From contig OX597823.1 in assembly GCA_951406725.2 (NCBI GenBank), positions 25,730,001 through 25,794,000 of the forward strand: a stretch of 64,000 nt of DNA, written 5' to 3'. A program made the translations under genes and the position numbers. This document shows, in pieces, positions 11,673 to 24,930 of this stretch. The DNA is from Octopus vulgaris (taxonomy: Eukaryota). Within the stretch, counting starts at the first letter, position 1, and each line of letters opens with the position of its first letter. Under the pieces are notes generated by a model. The model made no database searches, was not told the origin of the DNA, and saw nothing but the letters and a program-made list of their open reading frames with translations.

Positions 11673-12068
11673 AGTTCTATATTTAAGAGATGAGGAATTA
11701 TGCACATTATTTACATTTGACGGATATTTGTCCTCATCTAGCTTGTTAACACAACGTTTCGGCTGATATACCCTCCAGCCTTCATCAGGTGTCTTAGGGA
11801 AATTTCGAACCTGGGTTTCCATTCCTATGGTGTAGTGGTTAAGAGAGCGGGCTACTAACCTCAAGATTCCGAGTTCGATTACAGGCAGTGACCTTAATAA
11901 TAATAATGATAATAATAATAATAATATCGAAAAATACCTTAGGAATGAGAACCCAGGTTCAAAATTTCCCCGAGACATCTGATAAAGACTGGAGGGTATA
12001 TCAACCGAACCGTTGTGTTAACAACAAACAAGATGAGGACTAATATCCGTCAAATATAAATAATGTAA
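11673..12068. mobile_element. tRNA-headed, hammerhead-containing retroelement arranged as inverted partial copy plus forward copy
   Basis: 11673-11827 is the reverse complement of the 3' part (11940-12068); A box 11828-11838, B box 11871-11882, (TAA)n spacer. Confidence 0.8.
11748..11793 (-). ncRNA. Minimal type I hammerhead ribozyme motif
   Basis: GACAC-CUGAUGA-A-GGCUG(loop)CAGCC-GAAA-CG-UU^GUGUU: stem I GACAC/GUGUU, 5-bp stem II, palindromic AACGUU stem III. Confidence 0.75.
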
Positions 12069-12429
12069 ATGGTTGGTGCGTTTACGTCCCCGTAACTTAG
12101 CGGTTCGGCAAAGAGACCGATAGAATAAGTCCTGGGGTCGATTTGCTCAACTAAAAGGTGGTGCTCCAGCATGGCCGCAGTCAAATGACTGAAACAAGTA
12201 AAAGAATAAAAGAAAAATGATATTGTATATTGGTTATATCATAATATACGTGGTCTATCCAAAAGAAAACTAAACTCTTAAAACTTCGTGCCAACCAACC
12301 GATGTAACATACTCCCAACCTCACTGCTGTGTTTTGGTTGGCTTTTCGCTAAATATTGCCACATCATGCCATGTCAGTCATCGACCAACACATGCGAGAG
12401 TTGACGTATAGTTAGTGCAAGTGGACATC

Positions 12430-13420
12430 TGTTGAAGATCAACACTTGAAGGGTTTGGAAGAACATGTTTATATGAAATTTTGTTTCAAATACAGAAAAT
12501 TTTTAACTGAAATCTCTCTAACGTTAAAACAGGTTTACGGGCGGGCATTTTTGAGTCGTACACAATGTTAAGAGTGGTATTAGCGTTTCAACTCGAGACG
12601 AACACCTACTGAAAATGATTCTACGTTACACAACTTCCTACAGCACTTGATGTTAATCATTTTGTGAATGTGCGTGTTATATGTCCATGAAAATCCTCAC
12701 CAAATTGTCCGTAAAGTTTCTAAAGGAGACGTGCGCAAAAGTCCGTGCCGCATGATTAAAAAATTAAAGATGAATCATGATGTCGCAAAGTTAGTGTTGC
12801 ATCTGTTGTGGGATGAAGGAAAATAGAACTGGTGCTGCTTGGTAGTTAGAACGCTGATGAAAACTTTCTGAAAATGCCATAACAGGTGTGCGACTGCGAT
12901 GCAGAAGCAAAAAGATGGTTGTCACAATAGATATGGATCAGCGCTGTCTAGAACAGAAGAGTACCTCAGAGATACTCAAACGCGAAGGGGATGTTGATCG
13001 TCAGTTTCGGTTGGAAGAATCTTATTCATTATGAGTTTGTTTCGTGTGTTCAAGCGACCAAAGTGTTTACTTGGATAACTTGAGACATTTCAGAAAGGCA
13101 GTGTAAAAGGAGAGGCTTGTAGCATAAAATCTTGATGCTGCACAAAATGGCACCAGCTCATACGTCATGTTTTATCCCTAACGTTTTGGACGACGCTTAT
13201 TTCCCTACTATCCTATTTTACAGACTTGGTCACTTGGGATTTTTTGTCTTCAAAATTTTTAATTTATTCTGAACGGTTACCAATTTCAATCATTAAAAAA
13301 CCATCGAAAACTGTTCACTACAAGAACTTCACACCACCTCTAAAAATGCATTGCAAAACTGGAAAAACGCTAGGGTCCTTGTATCCACAGTATATGGATC
13401 TATTTTGTAGGAGACAAGTT
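12430..13420 (+). mobile_element. Decayed mariner transposase
   Basis: HTH-like 'MKFCFK...LKQVYG..LSRTQC*EWY*RF' and a degenerate YSPDLAP.DF region near 13200-13245; many stops and frameshifts. Confidence 0.7.
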
Positions 13421-13548
13421 TCATAGAATTGCAAGTAAAATAGATTTATTTTTCAAAAAGTTTACGTTTTATTTTTCGAATCACTACATTAAATTATATC
13501 AAATTATAATGTATCTTGTTAAATTATATTACATTATAAAACACTTAC

Positions 13549-13639
13549 TCGAGCTCCTTCTTAGAAGATATATATCGCATGGTAAACAAATGGCAAGCAG
13601 TGCACCATATATCAGATACGGTAAATCGAATCCGCCAAG
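13549..13639 (-). CDS. SLC18B1: SLC18B1-like MFS transporter, coding exon 6
   Basis: tctttttcAG|...|GTaagt; 91 nt; LGGFDLPYLIYGALLAICLPCDIYLLRRSS, typical 'GGFxLPF' TM6; ends phase 1. Confidence 0.9.
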
Positions 13640-15385
13640 CTGAAAAAGATTTAATACAATTATGGTTGACTCTGTTGTGGCGATTTAATATTGTTTATTG
13701 CTATTAGCTATGTATTGTTACCAAAAACTTGGTCCTTGGACTCCTCTTTAACACGTTATATTCGAAAATATCTGATTTTTTTTTTTTTTTTTTTGCATAT
13801 GCAGAGAAACATAAATTCATGGGAACGAAACAGACTTTTGAAGTAGCGTAAGTAAATGCTTGGTTTTTGTAATATATTTTGTCGGCTCTGGAACGATGAG
13901 AAATGAATGTCGATTCATTCCAGTAATATAAACATAAATGGATGAATCTAAAATCCGTAAGATATCAATTTCGGTGCTCTGTCATTTCTGCCACTCTACA
14001 TGCTTAATAACATCCGTAAACTGACACCTAGATTTGATTTAGCAGTAACTAGGCATCCCCTACTACAGCCAGTCTGAAGTAACCATCACATTCTACTTTA
14101 TGTTATTTTCTTCAATCTTGTTCTTTCATAGCCTATCTTTTATTTTATTTATAATACACATATTACGTATTATTGTATTTTATCATACCATCTCATATCC
14201 TATCCTATCCTATCTTATCTATCTTGCATTATCTGATCTTATTACAACTCTTCAATAAATATTCTTTGATTTACTATGATCAATTTCGTACTCAAAAAAA
14301 TTGTCTTTTGTCTAAAGGGGAGACCAAAATTAGTTTTTCAAGGTACAGACGAGATGGTCGAAGGTATAGGCATCGGGTTATCTTCTCATGGATCATAAGT
14401 TCAAATTATAGGGTTTACGTGCCACCTAGAAATAGACAACACATAAACTCTATAAATCTATAACAGACTCACATCTTCATCTTGAGAACTAGACACTAAT
14501 TCACACATGAACAGTTATAACATAATGTACAATTGTTGAGCGCCCAATCTTTGAGAAAAGCTAACATATCTAAAGAAAAATATTCTATCACAAATATTCA
14601 GGTAAGTTAGACTATAAGTTAGTCTGTGTGTCATCCCGTTGTTCCTTCTATTGTTTCTGCAACAGTCTAATCTATGAAACAACAAACTATTTTATACAAA
14701 ATTCAAGTTTCGCATGAACTACATCAAACACACTAGTGTTTCGAAAGAGCACATTTCTAAACGACTTACAATGTTTATGGATGGACAGCCATCCTTTTCC
14801 GTTGTGTAAACAATAAAAATAACTTGATCAAATATCGCTATCAACTCGGCTCACCTAGTCGTTCGAATGTGTTAGATACTACGAAATCAATAGTAGATAT
14901 TATCTTAGATAGATCGGCTTCCTTTTCAAAGAAAAGTTATGTCATCTTTTGTACCCATAGTCAAGGAACAGGCCTGAAAAACGTTAAACTACTAAGCCCA
15001 GATTTAGGGGATATTTATACTTATAGGAAACAGAAGGTGAGAGATATTTGCATTACTGATGTAAACTCACGCCCATGGACTTAGTAGATGTCCGAATTAT
15101 TGAATTAATTCCTCTCAGTCAGGTATATGAAGAGGCTTACCTAATCCTTGATAGTGGTGTCAGCAGCCATTCGGCAAACAATATCCCACAGCCATTGTAG
15201 CAGCAGACACAGTTCAGCTGTGATACAGCGGCTTGTATCAACTATGCAATGACAGTCAGCAGCGCAACAATTTATAAACCAACATCTTTTACAGATTCAC
15301 TACGTTTTCAAGTTCTGTTGCTTGAAACGAACTGTAAAGACTATCTATGATCCGGGAACTTAAATTTCATTATTTTTCTATCTTC

Positions 15386-15590
15386 AGGTGGCGGGCTGGC
15401 TGAACCGTTAGCAGACAGGGCAAAATGCTTAGCAGCATTTCCTTCGTCTTTATGTTCTGAGTTCAATTTTTGCCGAGTTCGACTTGCTTTCCATCCTTTT
15501 GGAGTGGATAAAATAAGTACCAGTTGAGAAATGCCATCGATGTAATCGACTTACCCACCACCTCAAAATTTCAGTAGAGAGGATTATTTT
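15386..15590 (+). mobile_element. Octopus-type SINE
   Basis: Matches the consensus of 2425-2644. Confidence 0.8.
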
Positions 15591-16580
15591 TTCGCCTTGA
15601 ATCCATTGAAAGTACCTATTAACTGGATTGTAACACATGTATATACTCTTTATATAAGTACACTAAAAACTTGCATAGCCATACATTTATTGTGTATACA
15701 CACATACATGAACGCACTTTCGTTTACATTTGATGATTCATTTGCATGTACACACACACAACTGTATATACACTCCATCAACGCTTCTTGTAAATAGTTA
15801 TATCCATTTCTATTTCTGAACATTTCACTTAATTTCAAGTAATATTTCTTGACTGTGAAATTGAAACACCATTTGTATCATAGACTTTATATCTTGCCGA
15901 TTAGATGTGTCATAATTTAATTTATTGGCAATTAAAGAATATATATTCCTATTCCATGTTTATTATTGTATGTAGCCAATCTTTATAAATCCAGTTTTGG
16001 GGTGGAGTCTACATTATCCACACAGTGTATAATCCTTCCCCGGCACAAAGGTCAATAATTACGATCTTTAATTCCAGTTTAGAGATAAAGAGATAAAAAG
16101 TAAAAAATCTTACTAGATACGACTAGATTATTTCAGGTAACTATTCTCACGTGAAGAATTAACCTCAACTGCAAGCCTCATTAAAATAATGATGGTGTTT
16201 ACAGCTGTGAACTATGTTTCTTGAAGGGCCTCTTAAATGAATTCAGATGACTCGGATGTTGAAATTGAAGTAACTTGATCACAAACTTAGTGCAATGCTT
16301 GTGACAGAACATAAGTGAGGCGACTTCTATATGGTCTGTCGGCATGCAAGAAATAGCTGCCTTCTCGCTCAAATTTTGCCCTGCTTTCATAAAAACAAAA
16401 TATACGTTGGATAATACTGTCCTGTGTACGCTAAGTCTGAAAACGGTTCTGTCTGGAACTTCGTTAACCATACATTTGTTTAACTGCAGCTAAACGTCAG
16501 CTAGTTACCCGACACATCTCACATGGTTTCATTCTCTCGCAGCAAAAATTCAATGAAGATAATTATGTAATCATACTTAC

Positions 16581-16649
16581 ATCATAAAGTATTCCTCCAA
16601 ATAGGGGGCTAGTTGAGTAACCAAGCCCAGTTACAGCCATAAACAAACC
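16581..16649 (-). CDS. SLC18B1: SLC18B1-like MFS transporter, coding exon 5
   Basis: ttatttcAG|...|GTaagt; 69 nt; GLFMAVTGLGYSTSPLFGGILYD = MFS antiporter motif C region (GLG...[G]PxxGG.LY). Confidence 0.9.
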
Positions 16650-17560
16650 CTGAAATAACGTTTAAACACAATAGCTGTGGAACTTCAGAAGATACTAATC
16701 TGTTTTTGTAAGAAAATTATGTTTTGAAATATTTTCTTAAAAGTAAATATCTTTACTTACATGTAACATTCTCAAAACTTACACAATCTCTCAATTGTCT
16801 CATTCCGTAAAGAATGATATAATCTCAAATGCATTATTCCCTAAAATGTATCTGTACTATAATTGCGATATTCCTTAAAATTTCAGTTCTTTAAAATGGC
16901 GGTAAATTGACAAAACAATGAATAAATTTTATATAGGGGAAAGATATTTAGTTTTACAATAATATGTATAGAACATAATGTATTTGACAACCTGCACAAG
17001 GATCATAGGACCAAATCCATGGCTGGCGTTCCATTGTGATTCAGACTAGCATCTTTTATTCTATTAAGCATTGATCCACTTAGGTAACGGATCATTGGCT
17101 TGTAAATTTTCAAGCTAGTGTTCCATTACTTCTATTCCAGACTGGACCCCATTTGCTTGGAGCTTGCATTGCCAATAAAATATTTCTGGCTGTTTCCTAA
17201 CTTACTGTAACGTTCAAGTCACTATTATCGTCGTTTATTTATACACAAACCTATATCTACACATAATTTCTGGAATATGAAACACATACTACATCCCAAC
17301 TCAAACTTTATAAGCGAGTGTGTGTCTGCGCTCGTATATATCCGATGGTGTTTGAGTGGTTATAAAATTGTCTATGATTTACATATGTTATGAAGAGATA
17401 TTATAAAGTGCTAATTGGTCATTTTGACATAATCTTTATGATGGCCTAATCTATTTGATGTAATGAATAACATAATAGCCTGGCAAGTGATAGATATGTA
17501 AATCAGCTCCCGAAATACAACCAATTCGCTTTTTTCTGTATGGGGCCGTAATTTGAAATA

Positions 17561-18035
17561 TCTATATATTAATACGCTAAGGACAAAATGCGTTACGCTG
17601 TCACGTGATTAGTTGAAGAAAAAGGAGTAGAGCGAGAAAGAAAAAGGGGGAGAAAGAAGTGTTCATGATGCGAAGTAGGAGAAACGTAACATTTATTGCG
17701 GGGTTAAAAAGCTTTCTGAAGGTAGTGATGTAGAGAAAGAGAGTTAGTAACACAAATTTTTAGCAGAATGAGGTTCTAGTGGTGCAGTTAAAGAAAGACA
17801 AAGAGGGAGAGAGAAAGTGGAGAGTGTAAGGGAGAAAGAGTAGAGGTGTTTTGCCAGCCGATGCATTAAGCTGTCAGGTGGTCAGTGCAAATGAGAGATG
17901 AAAATTAAGAGAAAGAGAATGAGAGAAATCATAAAGACGTGAAGAGGGGAATAACATGGTTAGAATGTTTGTTAAAATTTGAGGTAGAGCGAGAAAAAAA
18001 AGAGAGCTGGAGAGAGAGAAGGAGAGAGAGAGAGC

Positions 18036-18096
<61 letters not shown>

Positions 18097-18830
18097 TGTT
18101 AAAAGGAAAATTTTAAACATCATATATTATTGTGACTTATTACATCGTTGGGTGGACTGAAAAAGGAATAATAATAATAACCTTATCATAGAAAAATAGA
18201 TTTTTTCAATTAAAGTGAAATAACTTAGCAAAATAAGCGTAGATGTTATTTTTCGTTTCTTTTCTTTTGTCGCTTTTTGTTCTTTAAAGAGGAGTAGATA
18301 TAAACAAAGAACTGAAATAGAATGAAACTATCGTGGATGGCAAACAACTTAGATTGAGCTTTGTTATTGAAAGCTATAATGATGATGGTGGAGGTGATGG
18401 TGATGATCATTGTGGTGATGATGATGATGGTGGTGAGTGGTTAGCGAAATGTGCAGTCTTTTTTTATTTTTTTATATCGCCTCTCCTCATATATTTACTG
18501 TCTGCTTGCTTGAAAATATGTATTTGTTTATAGAATATGGATGACAACAGAAAGATTAAAACGGTATAGGCAATGATATAAAGAGAAACAGAGGTTCGAA
18601 TCACTAAAACAAGCACGGGAGCATCAGTGTGTTGAAGGGAAAATATGAATCAAAGAGTATTGAGTGAGTATTTACAAGAAATAAGGGAACGAGTTCAAGA
18701 TAGAATATAAAATAAAAATGAACGAGAACGTCAAAAAAACCGAAAACGTATGGTCGAAAGATACAACGTTGGTGACATGAATATTCTCTGTAATCACTGT
18801 GAAGCTATTAGACTGGAATGAGACGAAGAT
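17561..18830 (+). mobile_element. Helitron 5' remnant
   Basis: A|TCTATATATTAATACG start, GA-rich interior, and ~18750-18825 encodes MVERYNVGDMNILCNHCEA (Helitron RepHel N-terminal Zn-finger-like). Confidence 0.6.
18001..18092. repeat. (GA)n microsatellite, representative of many (TA)n, (CA)n, (CT)n tracts in the window
   Basis: Direct inspection; others at ~6825, 19861, 32940, 47711, 49500, 51384, 60601. Confidence 0.95.
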
Positions 18831-18858
18831 AAAGAAGTATGCGCTTAGTTATACTCAC

Positions 18859-19018
18859 AAATAAACAACTGAAATCATCTGGAAATTCAGTGGTATAAAA
18901 TATCATAACTGCTGTATTGATTGTACCACAACTCAAAGATTCGAAAGCTCTCACAATGAAACTTAGTATGAGGAACACCATATTATAAGAACCCTGCTTA
19001 GGGATGTATTCAAGAAAT
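18859..19018 (-). CDS. SLC18B1: SLC18B1-like MFS transporter, coding exon 4
   Basis: ttctctctcatcAG|...|GTgagt; 160 nt, starts phase 2; FLEYIPKQGSYNMVFLILSFIVRAFESLSCGTINTAVMIFYTTEFPDDFSCLF with the TM4 'VR..E' and 'EFP' motifs. Confidence 0.9.
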
Positions 19019-19855
19019 CTGATGAGAGAGAAATATACAAATATTAATAATGGTTTCTACCAACAGTGCAAGGTTACCCATTTTCATGGTGAGAACAGTC
19101 GATAACAGGAAACTCAAATTTTGTCAGTAAGAAAACAATAAAAGCAAATGAAATAGTAATAAAAATAAAAATGATTATATTTTTGTCATGAGGAAAAGAA
19201 AAATTGTTTCGGATTTAAGCTCTTTCTGCTTTTTAGTTTACCCAGTGGCACCCTAGGGCCAGATTTTTCGGGGTATGGTGAGGCAATTGCTCCGGGTATC
19301 TAGATATTGGGGACCCCTGCTAGGAAAGGTATGTGGCACTCAATACAGGAAGCCCCTCACCACCATCTTCCAGCAATCACACTCGCTATACAAAGGTATC
19401 TTGATTTCTTAAAAGATGTAATGGATTCTCTTTTATGATAAATACCCATAGATTTTTGGTCCTTTAGAGATACCAAATAATTCAATTAAAAAACAATTTA
19501 TTGCCAGTCCCAAAACACGATTCCCAGGGAAATTGTAGCTGCTTTGGGGATAGCTGAGAAAAGGGAAACAGAACAATCCTGAAAATGTATGTATGTTTGC
19601 GTCAGAAAAAAGAAATTTTTCCTCAAATTTGACCCAATTGTAATTGAGGTAGCTAATAAAATATCTGAATACTTTCTGGCAAAAAGCTATGGTGAAGTAG
19701 CTATAAAAAACATTTATCGTTGAGATTTTAGATTTTGTCGCATTTCCAATATCTAAAAATGGCTGTATGCTAAATATTACTCATTGTGCCCCACTTACAC
19801 TGGAAAGTGGAAAAGTTGACTTTCAGAAATAGCTGTTTGAACTTCCCCGTATTTG

Positions 19856-19924
<69 letters not shown>

Positions 19925-21421
19925 CCTTTGGAACAGCAACAACCACAAAAATGATTTTTTTCTTCATAATCTGTAATTTTATCTTATTTTACATTCTGAA
20001 ATATATGTAACTCACATCAAAAGAAAAAAAAACTCTTATCTCACTCTTCTCGCCTTCATTGTACTTTTCACAATGAAGGAAAAATCAAATACCGCAAGTG
20101 GATGCGTGAAAAACGAAATTTGAATTTTGAAAAAGTATATCTATAAAGCAAAATTTTCAGTCATTTATTTAAACTTTCTCTGGTAACTCATCAAATTTAA
20201 TTATTGGAAATAGATGGGTTTTGAGATTTAAATTTAGTAATTTTCTGAGATTATAAGTCTTGAGTATAAGTGACCCACTGAACTTGAAGTGCTCCCCACC
20301 GCAGTTTAAATCCGGTCCTGGACTCCCTTTCTGCTTTGCAGCTTCAGGAACATTGACATTATTTTCGATTGCATACATCTTTTAGTATCAACAACTGTTT
20401 ATATTTTCTCTAATTCTTCCTCGTTTTTTTTTCATCACAATCATTTAATCACTCCTGGTGCATACAAACATGCATACATTCATAGTACTTGACCGTCCTA
20501 CCCATACTTACTCACTCATGCTAAGACATACACTGACTCTGTCGCTGTTTACTAAACCTTTAGCACCTGTCCGAAATTTCTGCCCACCATCTATCTCCCA
20601 CCATCCTAAAAAACTAAATACATATCTTCTTTCCATCATCCATTATTATCAAGACTCCTTGCCTTTTCTCTTCTTTTTGGCTTGATAAAGAGCCTGTGGC
20701 CAAAACGTTGGAAATTTCGCTTTTCCTTGTAATAGATGCATTGCGTTATTTTTTTTTTTTTTTACTTATTTTGATTACTTGTCGATGTGACCCCCCCCCC
20801 CCCAACAGATTCTTCAGATTCTTGGTAGATCTGAGCTCAATGTAAAAGATAGATAGCCAAATACCACATAAGATGCTGTCTGATACACCACTGATCCTAT
20901 CAATCCACTGTTCTTCGTAATAATGATACTAATAATAATTATAACATATAACATTGACACAAGGCCACATATTTACTTAATCAACTTGCTTAACTGGTAT
21001 CTATGTCATCAAGATGTAAAAGATCAATGGCAGTCGTTGATCTTGGTTGGACTTGAACTTAGAACATAAAGAGATTAATTAGATACAGCTCAGCTAACTC
21101 TGAAATCTTAATAATTGTAATGATAGTATGTCTACAAAGAAACACAATCAGCAGCTTCTTAGACACAATGGCTTTTCAGAGTAGATTCATAAGTTAGCCA
21201 AGTATATGAACCTGAAAATGAGCCTTTAAAACAATATTATAGATATGACAGATGAAATCATGATGCAAATCATACACCAAAACTTGACCCAATAAAGCAT
21301 TCATACAGGATTTGCCAGTATTTTATTTCATTCAGTATCAATCTCATAAGTAACTTTACAAAGTACGAAAAAATAACATACAATACGACAATATGAAAAA
21401 TTCTGAACAAATCTCACTTAC

Positions 21422-21495
21422 CCAAAAAAAATTGTGTTAATGGCAGAAAACCCGATTGCAACATATATGATATGTTTTAATTCAAAATGATAGAC
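21422..21495 (-). CDS. SLC18B1: SLC18B1-like MFS transporter, coding exon 3
   Basis: tctcttacAG|...|GTaagt; 74 nt; VYHFELKHIIYVAIGFSAINTIFF(G), ends phase 2. Confidence 0.88.
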
Positions 21496-22401
21496 CTGTA
21501 AGAGATAAACAGACAACACTTAGTTTCAATTCCGAATGAGTCGTGTTGATTTGTTAACATATTTTAAAAAAGATCCCATCACCTTCAGAGGAAACTTGAA
21601 CAAATTTCTCAATGAATACCAGATAATCTGCCTACGCTTGAATACTTGTCAGTCAACAGCAACTCTTAACTTGATTTTAAAAATGACTAACAAATCCTAT
21701 CAAGTGGTGCTACTAAGTTAGACATGGCTTAGGCCAATCTTTGGCCGAACCATATCTAAGTCCTCTAAGTTATATGCATATATATGTATATTGAAGAAGA
21801 AGTGATGAAATATTCAAATAGCTGTGAAACAGCCGAAACTTTGATATCAAGTACGGTTTAGCACTCAGCCGATTGTGATATTTTGTTATGACAGGATATT
21901 TAGTGTAATGTAATATGGTATCAAATTTGCTATGACACATTAAGATATGGTATTCAGTGACATTATCCAACAACATATGATAGTTAACAGGACAAGGCTT
22001 TTTTTACATGGTATCATACATCCAACGCATATCGACACTTTTATCAGAAACTAGAGCAATAGATACTAAGTTCGATTTCAAGATGGGAAAGAAACAACTG
22101 CTTCTTTGGTCTTAATTCATATATTTAATGAGAATAAATATTTCCCCTCGGAATTGGTTACATAATCTTATCTATTTGACAAATTGCTCATCCCTTTGGC
22201 GTAAAATTCTTCAGGCTTCAATGCAAGGAAGCACTCAATATAATTTTTAACTTCTTCGCAATTAATAAACAATTATTCGCTTATTTATTCTTAACATATC
22301 TAGGAAGATCCAGACGCAAAATATGTTGGTCACTGAAGTGGATATCATAGAATAACTCCTTTTTACAAGAATTGTGTGTTCAATACACTCGATGCTTGGC
22401 G

Positions 22402-22444
22402 CTTGGACACTGATGTTTCGACATGTTATGTCTCGTCAGCCAGA
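22402..22444 (-). ncRNA. Type I hammerhead ribozyme motif
   Basis: CUGG-CUGACGA-GACAU(aac)AUGUC-GAAA-CA(ucag)UG-UC^CAAG; perfect 5-bp stem II, GUC site, one mismatch in stem I. Confidence 0.6.
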
Positions 22445-22779
22445 AGTAGAATTCTGAGCCTACAAGCTACTGGCGTCATTTAAACTTCCAGCGAACAAAT
22501 TGTTTTCTGATTGGTGCTGATTGCTAACCGATAAAAAAAATCGTTATTTGCACCATATACAGCAAGATCTGGAACGATTATTTGCCTATCCTTAACTAAT
22601 ATGGGAAGATCCAGACACAAAATATGCTGATCATATTTATTCTCTTATGACGTACAGCGACCGGCATATTCTGCCGCTGAATCTGCCAAGACGTATTAAG
22701 AATAAATATGCGAATAATCGTTTCAGATCTCGCTGTACACGTTGCAAGTCTTGATTTTTCAATTGATAAACAGTTTTCC

Positions 22780-23400
22780 CTCTACATAATATTCCAATGA
22801 TCTGAAAAGATGATAGTCAGATGGAGCAATGTCAGGAGAGTGAGAAGTATAAGTCAAAACTTCCATATTTAGTGTCATAATTTTTCCTGATTGGTTTGGA
22901 TAATATGAGGTCTTTCATTGTAGTATAATAACGATACCCCTTTACGACTGACAAAGATGGGCACTTTTCTGAAAATATTTGTGCAATGATTCCAATTGAC
23001 AAAACTTCTCAGTATTAACTCTTTAATTTAGATTTAACACTTCATAGTAGACAATGCTCTTCATATCCCTCGAAACACAGAGCACATTTCCAGGTGCAAC
23101 TCTGGGATAAACTCTTCTTTTTCATTGGGTGCTAACCAATGTCGTTTTTGTTGGATATTATTATAGAGAACCCACATTTCATCACTTGGATCGAAAGTAA
23201 TCTACGAGGAAACATTTTTCCGAACAAAACTGGTCGGACCACTGTTAGCATGTTCATGCATTTTAAAGTTTCATTTCCATAGACAGAACAAATATTTCTG
23301 GCCTCTCCTATTGCTTAAGAAATCCCTCTTGAATTCATACGGCACGCAGTGTCTGATATGGGTTTGATCTATTTTTAAAAAGTAAAATCGATATCATTAC
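22780..23400 (-). mobile_element. Decayed mariner transposase
   Basis: SDEMWVLYNNIQQKRHW, RKGVSLLYYNERPH and SHSPDIAPSDYHLF correspond to the three mariner catalytic motifs. Confidence 0.8.
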
Positions 23401-24397
23401 GCATTTAATCTCTATGATATAAAGTAACATTCAAAGAAAGAAAAAGACTATTAGAATATATAAATTAGGGTTTTATACTAAGCACTGAAAACAAAGTACT
23501 CTCAGGGTGATCATGGGGAAAATACGACAGGACTTTCTCTCCAACCTTATACCATTCTCTGATTGGACTTTAAGGCTCAGAAATATCTGGAACGTATTCC
23601 GATGTTACTGCCCACCATATCTGCTTTCTGTTTGTCTCTCGCCTCGTACACATTGACACAACAAATTTGCACACTCTCTTTTTTTCTTCTCGTACACACA
23701 CACAAACACACATACACTCACATTCGGCTTACACATCCACACACAAATGGAGCTGTTCGTTCATGACATTGTTAACTACGATTCTATTAAAAGCAAGTTC
23801 TAAGCGCAAAAATAAACAAAATCTCTTTTAAAATATTGATTGACTGAAAACAATTCAAGGCCTACTTTTACCATCAATGTATATTTTTGATTCCTAGTTT
23901 AACAAAGAGCACTGTATTAGCTGTATTAGCTAAAATGAGTTAGCTCTTTCTTAACCGAGATTCTATTTACTTAGTATTAGACGACTATTGTTAGTGTGAG
24001 TATTTAGAAGTTAATAAATAACTTTTGTCTCACTCGGTGATAATTTTGCCATTTCCTGGAGGACATTGTTCTTGCTTTTCGGTACTCACAGAAATCCACT
24101 AAAGAGAGCTAATTTCAATATGCTTCAGTTTTCCTCCTGGCCATCTCAGCCAGCTTTCTGCAAAAGTACAGCTTAAGATGAATACATTCAGTATTTGGCA
24201 ACAGATTTGTTGTTTGATAATTTAGACTTTTTTTTCTTTTTTGGTCACATAAGTGGTATACAGTAAAAGTCAATTGCTGCTATCGTTTAAGTCAGTCTCA
24301 TGAGCCAAATTCCACTGCTTTATGATAGTAAAGTATTACAGTATTACTAAACCTTGACAAATATCAACCTTCGTACTCAAACGTGTTCAGGAACCCT

Positions 24398-24930
24398 TTA
24401 CCAGGTTCCTAAACACGATATGTGGGTGACAGGAGGCTGTGTTGATGTATGTTAGCCTCTCGTTTAGTTAGCGGTAAGGCCTGTGAGTACCGGAGCCCAA
24501 GTCCAGCGTGATGTCTAAGAAATACGCTGTGGTGAGATTGGTTTCTATGGTGATCTTCAATCCCATAGCGGCAAGCGTGCTGATTAAGTCCTTCATAAGC
24601 CTATCTAATTAGTGTATGGCCGCTTGCTCCCTTAGAGATGGTCAGGGCATCATCTCTGTAGAGGCCAAAGGGGACAGAGGGGAACTTTTCATAAGGATGT
24701 ACAACCCATCGCTACGTCAAAGGAGCCTGTGGGGTCGGATTACTTGACCCATGCTGAACTTTTGTTAAATAGTACTGCCTTCCAGGCATGCATAATAATT
24801 TCTACATCGCTATCACTAAAGCTAGTGAAGTCCCTAGCGAAAGAAAGCGTTTTGGTCAGTAGCGCTTTTGATATAGACGAATAAAAGTTGAATATATCAA
24901 ATCGGGTGAAACATGCCTTGCCTCTACCCT
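24398..24930 (-). mobile_element. Penelope-like element RT fragment
   Basis: FDIFNFYSSIS, GLYRDDA, FLDITLDL...PYR...YINTASCHP motifs. Confidence 0.85.

Larger units (their letters stand above)
11439..12212 (+). mobile_element. tRNA-derived SINE, third family, interrupted by hammerhead-bearing element
   Basis: ggcgcgggagtggttgtgtggtaag head...; body resumes at ~12071 (ggtgcgtttacgtccccg...cagcatggccgcagtcaaatgactgaaacaag). Confidence 0.8.

Noticed and set aside
12854-12874. CTGATGA...GAAA (similar at 19019 and 60763)
   Set aside because: No stems; part of a mariner coding relic, a splice acceptor, or chance
20681-20714. Hammerhead-like TTGATAAAGAGCC..GGCCAAAACGTT
   Set aside because: Both core segments are mutated; at best a dead PLE motif
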